From positions 20,109 to 84,108 of the forward strand of contig NYZC01000403.1 of assembly GCA_002686995.1 (NCBI GenBank): a stretch of 64,000 nucleotides of DNA. The letters run 5' to 3'. The notes beneath the pieces were generated by a model that was not told the DNA's origin, ran no database searches, and was given only the letters and a program-made list of their open reading frames with translations. The position numbers were made by a program, and so were the translations under genes. The DNA comes from Phycisphaeraceae bacterium. Lineage in GTDB: Bacteria > Planctomycetota > Phycisphaerae > Phycisphaerales > Phycisphaeraceae. Shown in pieces: positions 54,495 through 63,188 of the stretch. The number at the start of each line of letters is the position of its first letter. Within the stretch, counting starts at the first letter, position 1.

Positions 54495-55826
54495 ATGGCC
54501 CTCCACCTCAAGGCGTCGCGAGCGCGCATCAATCGCCACTGGCATGTCCTCTGCAGCGAGATCGGAGAGCGCTACGCCGGCACGCGCGGCGAGCAGGACG
54601 CCGCCGACTACATCGAAGGCCAGATGCGGCGCCTGGGCCTGGCCGGCACGCATCAGCAGCCGTTCGAGTTTCCCAACTGGAGCTACTCCCAGTGCGCGCT
54701 GCGCGTCGGCAAGCGCAGGCCGACGCGCCGCATCGAAGCCCGGCCGAACGCGTACTCCTCCGCGACGCCCGATCGCGGCGTGTCGGGCCCCTTGATCAAC
54801 CTTCAGGGCGGGCACAAGTGGGACCTGGCGCAGCCGATGAAGGGGAAGATCGGCGTGCTCGTCGGATCGCTGCTGCTCGGTGATCCCGACGTAAGAAACC
54901 AGCTGGTCCGCTCCGGCATCAAGGCGCTGCTCGCCGTCGACGCGCGCATCCCGTTCGAGTGGATCACCAGCAACGGCAACTGCCCGGCCTGGATGAACGG
55001 TTACCACGTCCCGACCGTCGGGATCGCGTACATGGACGCGATACGGCTGCTCAAGCAGATGCCGGCGCGGGCGCACCTGAAGGTCAAGGCGCGCAGCTTT
55101 CCCGCCATGAGCCAGAACGTCATCGGCGAGATTCCCGGGTCGCGTCATCCCGACCAGGTGATCGTCGTCTCGGCGCATCACGATGCCGTCTGGGGCAACG
55201 TCGGCGCCGACGACAACGCATCCGGCGTCGTATTCCTGCTCGAGATGGCGCGCCTGTTCGCACGCCGCCGCCCGAAACGCACGATCCGCTTCATCAGCTA
55301 CGGTGTCGAGGAACGACTCAGCGTCGGAGCCTATCTCTACGCGCAGTCCCTCACGCCAGCGGAGCGCCGACGCATCGTCTTCGGCATCAACGCCGACTCG
55401 ATCGCAACCACGATCGGCAGCGACATGGTCGGCGTGACCGGCACGCCGCAGCTGGCCCGGTTCGTCGAGCGCATCTGGAACGCGCGCCGGCACGCCGTCC
55501 ACATCGAACGCATGGTGACCCCCTACTCCGATCATTTTCCGCTCAACGCGATCGGCGTTCCGACGGTCTGGATGACCCGTCCCAGCATCGGCACCGGCAG
55601 CTACTGGCAGCTTCACAGCGTTCACGACAACCTCGAGAACGTGTCCGCCGCGCCGCTGTCGCGCACGATCGAGACGAACGCGATACTCCTGGACCAGGTC
55701 GCCAACGCGACGCGCCTGCCGTTTCCGCGGCGGCTGTCTCCGGAAGTCGCCCGCGAAGCACGCCGGCTTCACAAGAGCGAATACGGCCATCCCTGGTCGC
55801 CGGACAGCTTTGACTACGATCGGTGA
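54495..55826 (+). CDS. M28 family metallopeptidase (aminopeptidase)
   Basis: GTRGEQDAADYI..., VVSAHHDAVWGNVGADDNASGVVFLLEMARLF, and YGVEE, which are M28 zinc-ligand motifs. Confidence 0.8.
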   Translation: MALHLKASRARINRHWHVLCSEIGERYAGTRGEQDAADYIEGQMRRLGLAGTHQQPFEFPNWSYSQCALRVGKRRPTRRIEARPNAYSSATPDRGVSGPLINLQGGHKWDLAQPMKGKIGVLVGSLLLGDPDVRNQLVRSGIKALLAVDARIPFEWITSNGNCPAWMNGYHVPTVGIAYMDAIRLLKQMPARAHLKVKARSFPAMSQNVIGEIPGSRHPDQVIVVSAHHDAVWGNVGADDNASGVVFLLEMARLFARRRPKRTIRFISYGVEERLSVGAYLYAQSLTPAERRRIVFGINADSIATTIGSDMVGVTGTPQLARFVERIWNARRHAVHIERMVTPYSDHFPLNAIGVPTVWMTRPSIGTGSYWQLHSVHDNLENVSAAPLSRTIETNAILLDQVANATRLPFPRRLSPEVAREARRLHKSEYGHPWSPDSFDYDR

Positions 55827-55865
55827 CCTGACCTCCGCATCGCCGGCACGTACGGGAATCAAGCC

Positions 55866-56927
55866 ATGCCGCACCACACGAAGATCGTCCTCTGCGCGGT
55901 CCTGCTGATCGGGTCGGCGCTGACCGCCACCACGTCGGCGCAGAAAGCCCGAGCGCAGAAATGGAAGATGGCCACGTCCTGGCCGGGCGGCCCGCTGATG
56001 GATCACGGCGCCAAGGCGTTCGCGGAGCGCGTCGAGCTGCTCACCGACGGGCGGATCAGGATCCAGGTGTTCGCGGCGGGCGTCCTCGGCAAGCCGCTGA
56101 AGGTCAGCGACACCGTGCGTGCGGGCGTGGCGCAATGCGGTCATACGTGGATTGGATACGACTGGGGCAAGGACAGGACGGCGGTGCTCTTCGGCGGCTA
56201 CGCCGGCAGCTTCAACACCGAGGTCATGCTGCACTGGCTCTACGAGGGCGGCGGCGCCGAGTTGTGGGCGCAGTGGCGACAGGAGAATTTCAAGCTCGTC
56301 TCGCGGCCGCTGTACACGCGTACGGCCGAGGTGTTCCTTCACTCGCACAAGCGCGTCGAGACGCTCGAGGACCTGCAGGGCCTGAAGATCAGAACGGTCG
56401 GCGCCTGGCTCGAGATCGCCAAGCAGCTCGGCGCCTCGCCGCTGGCCTCGGCAGGCGGAGAGGTGTACCCGATGCTCGACCGCAAGGTCATCGACGCGAC
56501 CGAGTGGGGCACGCTCTGGGAGAACGTCTCGCCCGGGTTCCATCGCATCACGCGTTACGTGATCGTCCCGGGCGTCCATCAGCCCACCGCCCCGTTCGAG
56601 CTGGTCATCAACGGTCGGGCGTGGAAGAAGCTGACGCCGCGCGACCGGAAGCTCGTCGACCTCGCCGCGAAGATGGTGACGCTGGAGAGCTGGCTCAAGG
56701 TCGGGCACGAGGACATCGGCGCCTACCACTTCTTCAGGGACCAGGGCAACGAAATCGTCGTCCTGTCGCCGGAGGCGCAGCTGAAGGTCAAGCAGCTCGG
56801 CATCGAGTGGGCACAGCGCCAGGCGGAAGGCAACGACTGGTTCCGGAAGGTGTTCGACCATCAGCGCGCCTACGAAGAGAGGTGGAAGGACGCGCCGGCG
56901 TTTCGCAACCCGGTGACGGAGCCGTGA
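55866..56927 (+). CDS. dctP: TRAP transporter substrate-binding protein (DctP family)
   Basis: Signal peptide, then KWKMATSWPGGPLMDHGAKAFAERVELLTDGRIRIQVF, typical of the COG4663 DctP branch. The Q and M subunits follow. Confidence 0.85.
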   Translation: MPHHTKIVLCAVLLIGSALTATTSAQKARAQKWKMATSWPGGPLMDHGAKAFAERVELLTDGRIRIQVFAAGVLGKPLKVSDTVRAGVAQCGHTWIGYDWGKDRTAVLFGGYAGSFNTEVMLHWLYEGGGAELWAQWRQENFKLVSRPLYTRTAEVFLHSHKRVETLEDLQGLKIRTVGAWLEIAKQLGASPLASAGGEVYPMLDRKVIDATEWGTLWENVSPGFHRITRYVIVPGVHQPTAPFELVINGRAWKKLTPRDRKLVDLAAKMVTLESWLKVGHEDIGAYHFFRDQGNEIVVLSPEAQLKVKQLGIEWAQRQAEGNDWFRKVFDHQRAYEERWKDAPAFRNPVTEP

Positions 56928-57589
56928 GCGATACGACCATCGAGGTGGATGGCGTCCTGAACGCCCGGATTGCGGTGGATCAGCTTCATTCGTTCGGCAT
57001 CGACGCCTGGATCGAGTCGGATCGCCTGCCCGACGCACTCACCGAAGCCGTCGCGATCCCGATTCGAATCCGCGACGCGGCTCAGTGCCCGATGGCCAGG
57101 CGGCTTCTGGACCATGCATTCCAGGCCACGCGCCTCGATCGGGATGACGGCGAAGATCCGCTTTGCAAGGAGTGCCGTTACAACCTGCGCGGGCACACGG
57201 GCGATGGCGACTGCCCCGAATGCGGCTATCCCTATCGCACGTCGATCGCCGCGTCGGAGTCGCCGACACGATGCCCGGACTGCGGTGAGCAGGTCCCCGC
57301 GGGATTCGATCAGTGCTGGCAATGCGGCACGTCGTTGAGCGAGGCAGTCGACGCGATCATGGTGCCCGACGTCGAGACGGTCCGGTGTGCGCACTGTGGT
57401 TTTCTCTTCGGCCCTCGGCGCCTCGAGCAATGCCCTGCATGCGGGCAGGCGCAGGAGCCCGGGCAGACAACAGGGGGCCCCCAGGCAAATTCGCTTCCCA
57501 ACGGTTGCTGGGCGGTCATTCACCTGCTGCTGGTCCTGTCACTACTGTTCCTGATCATGATGATCATCGGGACGCTTGACGAAACCTGA
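56924..57589 (+). CDS. Hypothetical protein with multiple zinc-ribbon CxxC pairs and a C-terminal TM anchor
   Basis: GTG at 56924 overlaps the dctP stop (GTGA). Contains CKECRYN...CPECG, CPDCG...CWQCG, CAHCG...CPACG, then a hydrophobic tail WAVIHLLLVLSLLFLIMMIIG. Confidence 0.55.
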   Translation: MSDTTIEVDGVLNARIAVDQLHSFGIDAWIESDRLPDALTEAVAIPIRIRDAAQCPMARRLLDHAFQATRLDRDDGEDPLCKECRYNLRGHTGDGDCPECGYPYRTSIAASESPTRCPDCGEQVPAGFDQCWQCGTSLSEAVDAIMVPDVETVRCAHCGFLFGPRRLEQCPACGQAQEPGQTTGGPQANSLPNGCWAVIHLLLVLSLLFLIMMIIGTLDET

Positions 57590-57637
57590 TGATCACCCGC
57601 GCGGCACCGGCCCATCCGCACTCGAGACGCTACGCTG

Positions 57638-58168
57638 GTGCGCACCTTGAGGCTGCTGGCGTTCATTCAGAAACTGCTTGATCGACTCACCGGCGTCACC
57701 GGCGCCCTTGTCGGATGGCTCGTCCTGCCGCTCGTCGGCGTCACCGTCTACGAGGTGATCGCGAGGCACGTGTTCAACGCCCCCACGATCTGGACATACG
57801 AGCTTGGGTACATGCTCACCGGCAGCTACTTCATGCTGGGGTTCGCGTACGCCTTGCGCGAGAATGCGCACATCCGCATCGACGTGCTCTACAACCGCTT
57901 CTCGAAGAGCGGCAAGGCCGTCGCCGACCTGGTCGCGTTCGCGCTGATCGCGCTGCCCACCGTGGCGCTGATCGCGTGGCCGCTGTTCGGCTACGCCCAC
58001 GAGGCGTACGAAAGCGGTGAGCAGTCCGGTCAGACCGCGTGGAATCCCGTCCTCTGGCCGTTCCGCGCCATGTTCTTCCTCGGCTTCGCGCTCCTGGTGA
58101 TTCAATGCACCGCACAGGTCATTCGATCGCTGCTCGCGCTGTTCGGCCATCCGCGGACGGAGCGCTGA
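57638..58168 (+). CDS. dctQ: TRAP transporter small permease (DctQ)
   Basis: 176 aa with four TM helices, positioned between dctP and dctM, with the usual WxxE-type N-terminal region (VYEVIARHVFNAPTIWTYE). Confidence 0.8.
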   Translation: MRTLRLLAFIQKLLDRLTGVTGALVGWLVLPLVGVTVYEVIARHVFNAPTIWTYELGYMLTGSYFMLGFAYALRENAHIRIDVLYNRFSKSGKAVADLVAFALIALPTVALIAWPLFGYAHEAYESGEQSGQTAWNPVLWPFRAMFFLGFALLVIQCTAQVIRSLLALFGHPRTER

Positions 58169-58193
58169 GCTGGAAGCCTACCTGCCGCTGCTG

Positions 58194-59504
58194 ATGTTCC
58201 CGGTGCTGATCGGCCTGCTGCTGATGGGCGTCCCGGTCGGATTCGCCCTGATGGCGACGGCGCTCGCGTTCGGCTGGTACGCGTTCGGCGAGTTCGGCAC
58301 GGTCATGTACCTGTTCAGCTCGCAGATCGACGGGGTCGCGTCCAACTTCGTGCTCGCATCCGTGCCGCTTTTCGTCTTCATGGGATCGATGCTCGAGCGC
58401 TCCGGCATCGCCCGGAATCTCATCGAGGCGATGCACCTGTGGACCCACCGCGTTCCCGGCGGTCTCGCCCTTTCCACGATCGTGATGTGCGTGATCTTCG
58501 CGGCGTCCACGGGCGTCATCGGCGCGACCGAGATCGTGATCGGGCTGCTCGCCGTGCCCGCGATGATGAAGTACGGCTACAACCGATCGCTGATCAGCGG
58601 CACCATCTGCGCCGGCGGATCACTCGGGACGATCATTCCGCCGAGCGTCGTCGTGGTCATCCTCGGCCCGACCGCCGACCAGTCGGTCGCGGACCTGTTC
58701 GTCGCCATCATCCTGCCGGGCCTGCTGCTCGCCGGGCTCTACCTGCTCTACGTGCTTGCCCGCTGCACGATCTTTCCGAAGGACGGTCCGACGCTGCCGC
58801 GCGGCACCTTCGACGTGACCCTGGCGAAGAAGCTGAAGCTCACCGCGGTCGCGATGGTGCCGCCGATCGTCATGATCACCGCCGTCCTCGGTTCGATCGT
58901 GTTCGGCCTGGCCGCACCGACCGAAGCGGCAGGCCTGGGCGCCCTCGGCGCGATGCTGCTCGCGGCGTTTCAGCGGAGCCTGAGTCGACGCGTGTTCATC
59001 GAGGCGCTGCGCAACACGCTGAAGCTCACCTGCATGATCATGCTCATTCTCCTCGGCGGGAACATGTTCACGACCGTGTTCATCTCGGCGGGCGGCTCCG
59101 ACGTGACGACCGAATTGATCGAGGGGCTGAACTTCGGTCGATGGGGCACGCTCGTGCTGCTGCTGGCGATCTCGTTCGTCGCGGGCATGTTCCTCGACTG
59201 GGTCTCCATCATTCTGCTGTTCATTCCCCTGTTCATGCCGATCGTGATCGTGTCGGGATTCGATCCGATCTGGTTCTGCGTGCTGTTTCTCCTGATCATC
59301 CAGACGAGCTACCTGACGCCGCCGATGGCGCCGGCGATCTTCTACCTGCGCGGCATTGCGCCGCCGGAGATCACGCTTCGGGACATGTTTCGCGGCGTGG
59401 TGCCCTTCATCGTGATTCAGCTTATCGCGCTGGTGATCGTGGCGATGTTTCCCGCGCTGACGCTTTGGCTGCCGGATGTACTGCTGCGCGGCGCCCGGAT
59501 GTAG
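58194..59504 (+). CDS. dctM: TRAP transporter large permease (DctM)
   Basis: 436-aa polytopic protein (LLLMGVPVGFALM..., FVFMGSMLERSGIA, PPSVVVVILG). The start may lie slightly upstream at a non-ATG codon. Confidence 0.9.
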   Translation: MFPVLIGLLLMGVPVGFALMATALAFGWYAFGEFGTVMYLFSSQIDGVASNFVLASVPLFVFMGSMLERSGIARNLIEAMHLWTHRVPGGLALSTIVMCVIFAASTGVIGATEIVIGLLAVPAMMKYGYNRSLISGTICAGGSLGTIIPPSVVVVILGPTADQSVADLFVAIILPGLLLAGLYLLYVLARCTIFPKDGPTLPRGTFDVTLAKKLKLTAVAMVPPIVMITAVLGSIVFGLAAPTEAAGLGALGAMLLAAFQRSLSRRVFIEALRNTLKLTCMIMLILLGGNMFTTVFISAGGSDVTTELIEGLNFGRWGTLVLLLAISFVAGMFLDWVSIILLFIPLFMPIVIVSGFDPIWFCVLFLLIIQTSYLTPPMAPAIFYLRGIAPPEITLRDMFRGVVPFIVIQLIALVIVAMFPALTLWLPDVLLRGARM

Positions 59505-59527
59505 CTGCTAATGACTCCCCTTGGCCC

Positions 59528-60379
59528 TCAGCCGCGTCTCAACTGCAACACCCGAAGGGTGTCGCGCTCGATCATGGCGCGCATCGCCTTCTCGTCGAGG
59601 CGCGGCAGCGCCGTGCCTTCGAGCATCGCGTTGAGCCCGAGCAAACCTTCGATCGTGTCGTTCACCCTCGTGAACGGATAGTCGGTGCCGAACAGGAGCT
59701 TGTGCCACACGCCGTACTCCTGCACGAGCATCAGGCTCTGGTAAAGCTGAAACGGCCGGTAGTAGAGCGCGCTGACGTCCGCGTACACGTTCGGATGCTT
59801 GCGGATCATCGCGACGCATTCACCTTCATACGGGTGACCGAGATGCGCAAGGATGATGCGCACCTCGGGAAAGCGCGTCGCCACCGCATCGAGTCGGCGC
59901 GGCAGCGTCATCTCGAGCGGCCCCTGCGGCACGATCGTCGTGCCGGTATGCAGCAGCACCGGCAGACGATGACGTCCGGCGTAATGCCACATCGGATCGA
60001 GGCGCGAATCATCCGGCATGAAGCCGGCGTACATCGGCATCAGCTTGATCCCGCGCAGTCCGAGCGCATCGCGGCCGTGCCGCATCTCGTCGAGCCAGCC
60101 GTCCTGCGTGGGATCGAGTGCCATGAACGGCACGAGTCGCTTCGGATCCTGCGCCGCATAGCGCGCCACGTCCTGGTCATCGACCCAGATCCCCGCAAGC
60201 CGCGCCTTGCCGCCGAAAACGATCGAGATCGTCTGGTTCGGCGCGTGCGCACGGTAGTCCGCGTAGTCCGACACCAGCGCGTCGTTGCGAATGCCGGCCG
60301 CGCTCCTCAGAAGGGACGTGAACTGCCGCGAGAAATCGGTCTTCGCGTTCCAGGCGTGGGTGTGGACGTCGATGATCAT
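59528..60379 (-). CDS. Amidohydrolase-2 family metal-dependent hydrolase (TIM barrel)
   Basis: MIIDVHTHAW (HxH metal motif) ... ILAHLGHP ... LLFGTDYPF. Confidence 0.8.
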   Translation of the reverse strand: MIIDVHTHAWNAKTDFSRQFTSLLRSAAGIRNDALVSDYADYRAHAPNQTISIVFGGKARLAGIWVDDQDVARYAAQDPKRLVPFMALDPTQDGWLDEMRHGRDALGLRGIKLMPMYAGFMPDDSRLDPMWHYAGRHRLPVLLHTGTTIVPQGPLEMTLPRRLDAVATRFPEVRIILAHLGHPYEGECVAMIRKHPNVYADVSALYYRPFQLYQSLMLVQEYGVWHKLLFGTDYPFTRVNDTIEGLLGLNAMLEGTALPRLDEKAMRAMIERDTLRVLQLRRG

Positions 60380-60477
60380 GCGGCGTCAGCGCGCGGCCCG
60401 CGCAAATCCCCTGACAAAAACCTTACACGATAATAGTGTGAATTTTTTTCAAGAATCAGACGAATTAGGTGTTGCAT

Positions 60478-60505
60478 GATCCCATGAGGTGGGATACGAT
60501 CCCAT
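60478..60505. promoter_or_regulatory. Possible MraZ operator (TGGGA-type motifs)
   Basis: GATCCCAT (60478-60485), GTGGGAT (60489-60495) and GATCCCAT (60498-60505) give three TGGGA/TCCCA motifs within 28 bp, 25 nt upstream of the mraZ start. E. coli MraZ is known to bind TGGGN repeats. Confidence 0.3.
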
Positions 60506-60529
60506 TCATGGCGGCTTCGGGACACGACC

Positions 60530-61060
60530 TTGGTATTCACCGGAACCTACGAACACACGGTCGACAAGAAGAACCGTCTGTCGATTCCGGCGGACCTTCG
60601 TGTCCAGGTGCAGTCCGAGCAGGCGCGTCACCGCGCCCGCAAGTTCGCGGACCTCGCCGTGCCGCCCGACCCCGAAGCACTGTCGGCGCCACCGGTGTTC
60701 TTCATTCTTCCAGGCGAGAGCAAGGCGCTCTACCTGTACACCGAGAAAGACGTCGAGCAACGGGCGGAGGATCTGATCGACAGCGAAGTCGAGACGGAAG
60801 AGCTGCTGCTCTACGAGCGCATGTGGTTCAGCGCGGCGCGCCGCGTGGAGTTGGACGGCGCCGGGCGCATCACGATTCCCGGCGACCTTCGTAAGGACGT
60901 GAACCTGGAGAGCGAAGTGGTTCTGCTCGGCGTGCATGATCATCTGGAAGTTCGCAACCGACAGGACTGGTACGATTATAAGAAGCAGATCTTGACCGAA
61001 CAGCCGCAACTGATGATGGATCCGCGTCGCATGAAGCGCCATTCGGGCCGAGGCGCATGA
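60530..61060 (+). CDS. mraZ: Transcriptional regulator MraZ
   Basis: Two SpoVT/AbrB-like halves with the DxxxR signature: YEHTVDKKNRLSIPADLR and RVELDGAGRITIPGDLR. TTG start. Longer than usual (176 aa) because of an insertion between the halves. Confidence 0.85.
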   Translation: MVFTGTYEHTVDKKNRLSIPADLRVQVQSEQARHRARKFADLAVPPDPEALSAPPVFFILPGESKALYLYTEKDVEQRAEDLIDSEVETEELLLYERMWFSAARRVELDGAGRITIPGDLRKDVNLESEVVLLGVHDHLEVRNRQDWYDYKKQILTEQPQLMMDPRRMKRHSGRGA

Positions 61061-61084
61061 TCAGGAGACCGTAACGAACGGGCG

Positions 61085-61410
61085 TTCAGGGTTGACCATT
61101 CCGGGTCAACAAGTAACAACACATAACACCTACCACAGTAGCACCCAGTAGGAAAACCTGCGAAGGATGAACGGACTCGTCTTCTGCAATACGTACGACT
61201 CTCGCTGGATCTCAAACCGGTCACGGATGACTGGTGCAGGATCCGGTCGCCACGGTGAATCAGTGATCGGATGCTCGCGTGAGCGCGATAAATCCACCGC
61301 TGGCAAGGGTCGTTCGTGTTTGTGGAGCCTTCGCGGGTTTTTCCGCCGCGCGGCGCCGATGTAATCGCCGTCGGACCGCGCGGTTCCCGTGATGTTCTCT
61401 TTCTCCTCCG
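61085..61410 (+). ncRNA. Candidate structured non-coding RNA or leader (unclassified)
   Basis: About 330 nt with no credible ORF on either strand and lower GC than the flanks. It has several local hairpins (GTTGACC/GGTCAAC, TCGCG/CGCGA, CGGCG/CGCCG) and ends at a strong intrinsic terminator. I could not match it to RNase P, tmRNA, SRP or common riboswitch consensus sequences from memory. Confidence 0.25.
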
Positions 61411-61448
61411 CCATGCCCCCGGATTCCTCCCCGGGGGCATGGTTTTTT
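61411..61448 (+). terminator. Rho-independent terminator
   Basis: Perfect 12-bp stem CCATGCCCCCGG / CCGGGGGCATGG with an 8-nt loop, followed by TTTTTT. Confidence 0.75.
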
Positions 61449-61540
61449 GGGTCCGGGGTCCGGGATCCCGCTCGTCTGAATTCTGACTCCCTCACCCGTG
61501 CCTTGTCCCGATTCGCCGCTTCACCGACAATCCGGCCAAG

Positions 61541-62473
61541 ATGAAGCATGACGGCACGGCCGACGCGCGACCGAGGCTGCCCGTGGGCACGGGAGGGCTC
61601 GGCGCCGTCGTGCTGCTGCTCATCGCGGCGCCATGCTTCGTCACCCTGCCCTGGTCGGTGTCGCGCTACGAGGGGGAGGCCGGCGACGAGGCGTACGCTC
61701 GCTCCGCCCCGAGCATGCGCTTTCCGCTCGGCACGGACGGCCTCGGCCGCTCGCTGCTCTGGCGATGCCTGCTCGGCGGCGCGATCAGCCTCGGCATCGG
61801 CATCAGCGCCGCGCTGATCGCGCTGGTGATCGGAGTCTCCTGGGGCGCGGTCGCGGGCCTCGCGGGCGGGCGCGTCGACGCGACGATGATGCGCGTCGTG
61901 GACGTGCTGTACGGCCTTCCTTACATCCTTCTGGTCGTGCTCATCGACCTTGCGTTCTCGCCGGTCGTCGAAGACGCGCTGTCCTGGCTCGTGCCCGCCG
62001 GCTCCACGAAGACCGTCGCCAACGTCGTCACGCTGCTCGTCGCCATCGGCGGTCTGAGCTGGCTCACCATGGCCCGGGTGATACGCGGGCAGGTGCTGAG
62101 CCTGCGGCGGCAGCCGTTCGTCGAAGCGGCGCGCGCCTGCGGCGTCGGGGGCTTCGGCATCCTGCGCCGTCACCTCGTGCCCAACCTCATGGGTCCGATG
62201 ATCGTGTACGCGACGCTCACGGTGCCGTCGGCGATCCTCGCGGAGTCGACGCTGAGCTTTCTTGGTCTCGGCGTCCAGGCCCCGTTGCCGAGCTGGGGCA
62301 GCCTGGCCAGCGACGGCGTGCAGGAGCTTCACAACCTCGGGCTCGCCGGATCGGAAATGCGATGGTGGCTCATCCTCTGGCCCTGCGTCCTGCTCGGCGC
62401 GACCCTGCTCGCATTGAATCTCTACGGCGACGGCCTGCGCGAGCGCTTCGATCCGAAGAGCGTGAGGGTGTAG
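61541..62473 (+). CDS. ABC transporter permease, oligopeptide/dipeptide type (OppC/DppC-like)
   Basis: LGTDGLGRSLLWRCLLGGAISL (OppC N-terminal motif) and a BPD-type core (MRVVDVLYGLPYILLVVLI; EAARACG...ILRRHLVPN). No partner OppB, OppD, OppF or OppA genes are adjacent. Confidence 0.85.
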   Translation: MKHDGTADARPRLPVGTGGLGAVVLLLIAAPCFVTLPWSVSRYEGEAGDEAYARSAPSMRFPLGTDGLGRSLLWRCLLGGAISLGIGISAALIALVIGVSWGAVAGLAGGRVDATMMRVVDVLYGLPYILLVVLIDLAFSPVVEDALSWLVPAGSTKTVANVVTLLVAIGGLSWLTMARVIRGQVLSLRRQPFVEAARACGVGGFGILRRHLVPNLMGPMIVYATLTVPSAILAESTLSFLGLGVQAPLPSWGSLASDGVQELHNLGLAGSEMRWWLILWPCVLLGATLLALNLYGDGLRERFDPKSVRV

Positions 62474-62739
62474 CACGCTCGATTTCCGGCGTTCGTCAGA
62501 TCTCTCAGAACCAGTTCAAGCCCGGACACTCGCGCCATTCGATCGAAGCCGCCGGCGCACGGGACCTTTCAAAAGACACGAATGTCTCTATACTCAATGT
62601 GGTCCATTCACCGAGAGGGATGACCACGAAGACGAGACCCCGTGACGGCAGGCGATGGAGCGGAAGGATTCATGGCGAGCGCCTCGGAATCTGAACGTCA
62701 CCTCGAACGCATCACGCGCACCTTCACAGGAGACATCCC

Positions 62740-63165
62740 ATGCCGCTGCCAGCACAAAAAGTCGACGTATGGCACGCGACGATCGAGGACCGGCCGGGCG
62801 GACTCGCCGAGAAGCTCGCTCCGCTCGTCCAGGCGGGCGCCAACCTCGGCTTCGCGATCGCGCGCCGGTCCTCGGATCATCCTGAAACCGGCTTCGTGTG
62901 GATCGCGGGCCTGAAGGGAGCGAAGCAACTGGCCGCCGCCAGGGGGGCCGGATTCGCGAAGACGAGGGACCTGCACTCGGTCCGAGTCGAGGGCACCGAC
63001 AGGCCCGGCTTGATGTACAGGATCATGCAGACCCTGGCGGATGCGAATGTCAACGTTCGGGGTGTCTCGGCGGCCACGGTGGGCCGTCGATGTGTCAGCT
63101 ATCTGGCGCTGGACACGACGGCGGATGCGACGATGGCGGCGCGCCTCATCAGGAAGCTGAAGTAG
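62740..63165 (+). CDS. ACT-domain-containing protein (tandem ACT-like)
   Basis: Two beta-alpha-beta-beta-alpha-beta-like halves, each beginning V..I.DRPG (VWHATIEDRPGGLAEKL; VRVEGTDRPGLMYRIMQTLADANVNV). Confidence 0.6.
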   Translation: MPLPAQKVDVWHATIEDRPGGLAEKLAPLVQAGANLGFAIARRSSDHPETGFVWIAGLKGAKQLAAARGAGFAKTRDLHSVRVEGTDRPGLMYRIMQTLADANVNVRGVSAATVGRRCVSYLALDTTADATMAARLIRKLK

Positions 63166-63188
63166 AGGAGCGAACACGCGTGACCGCG

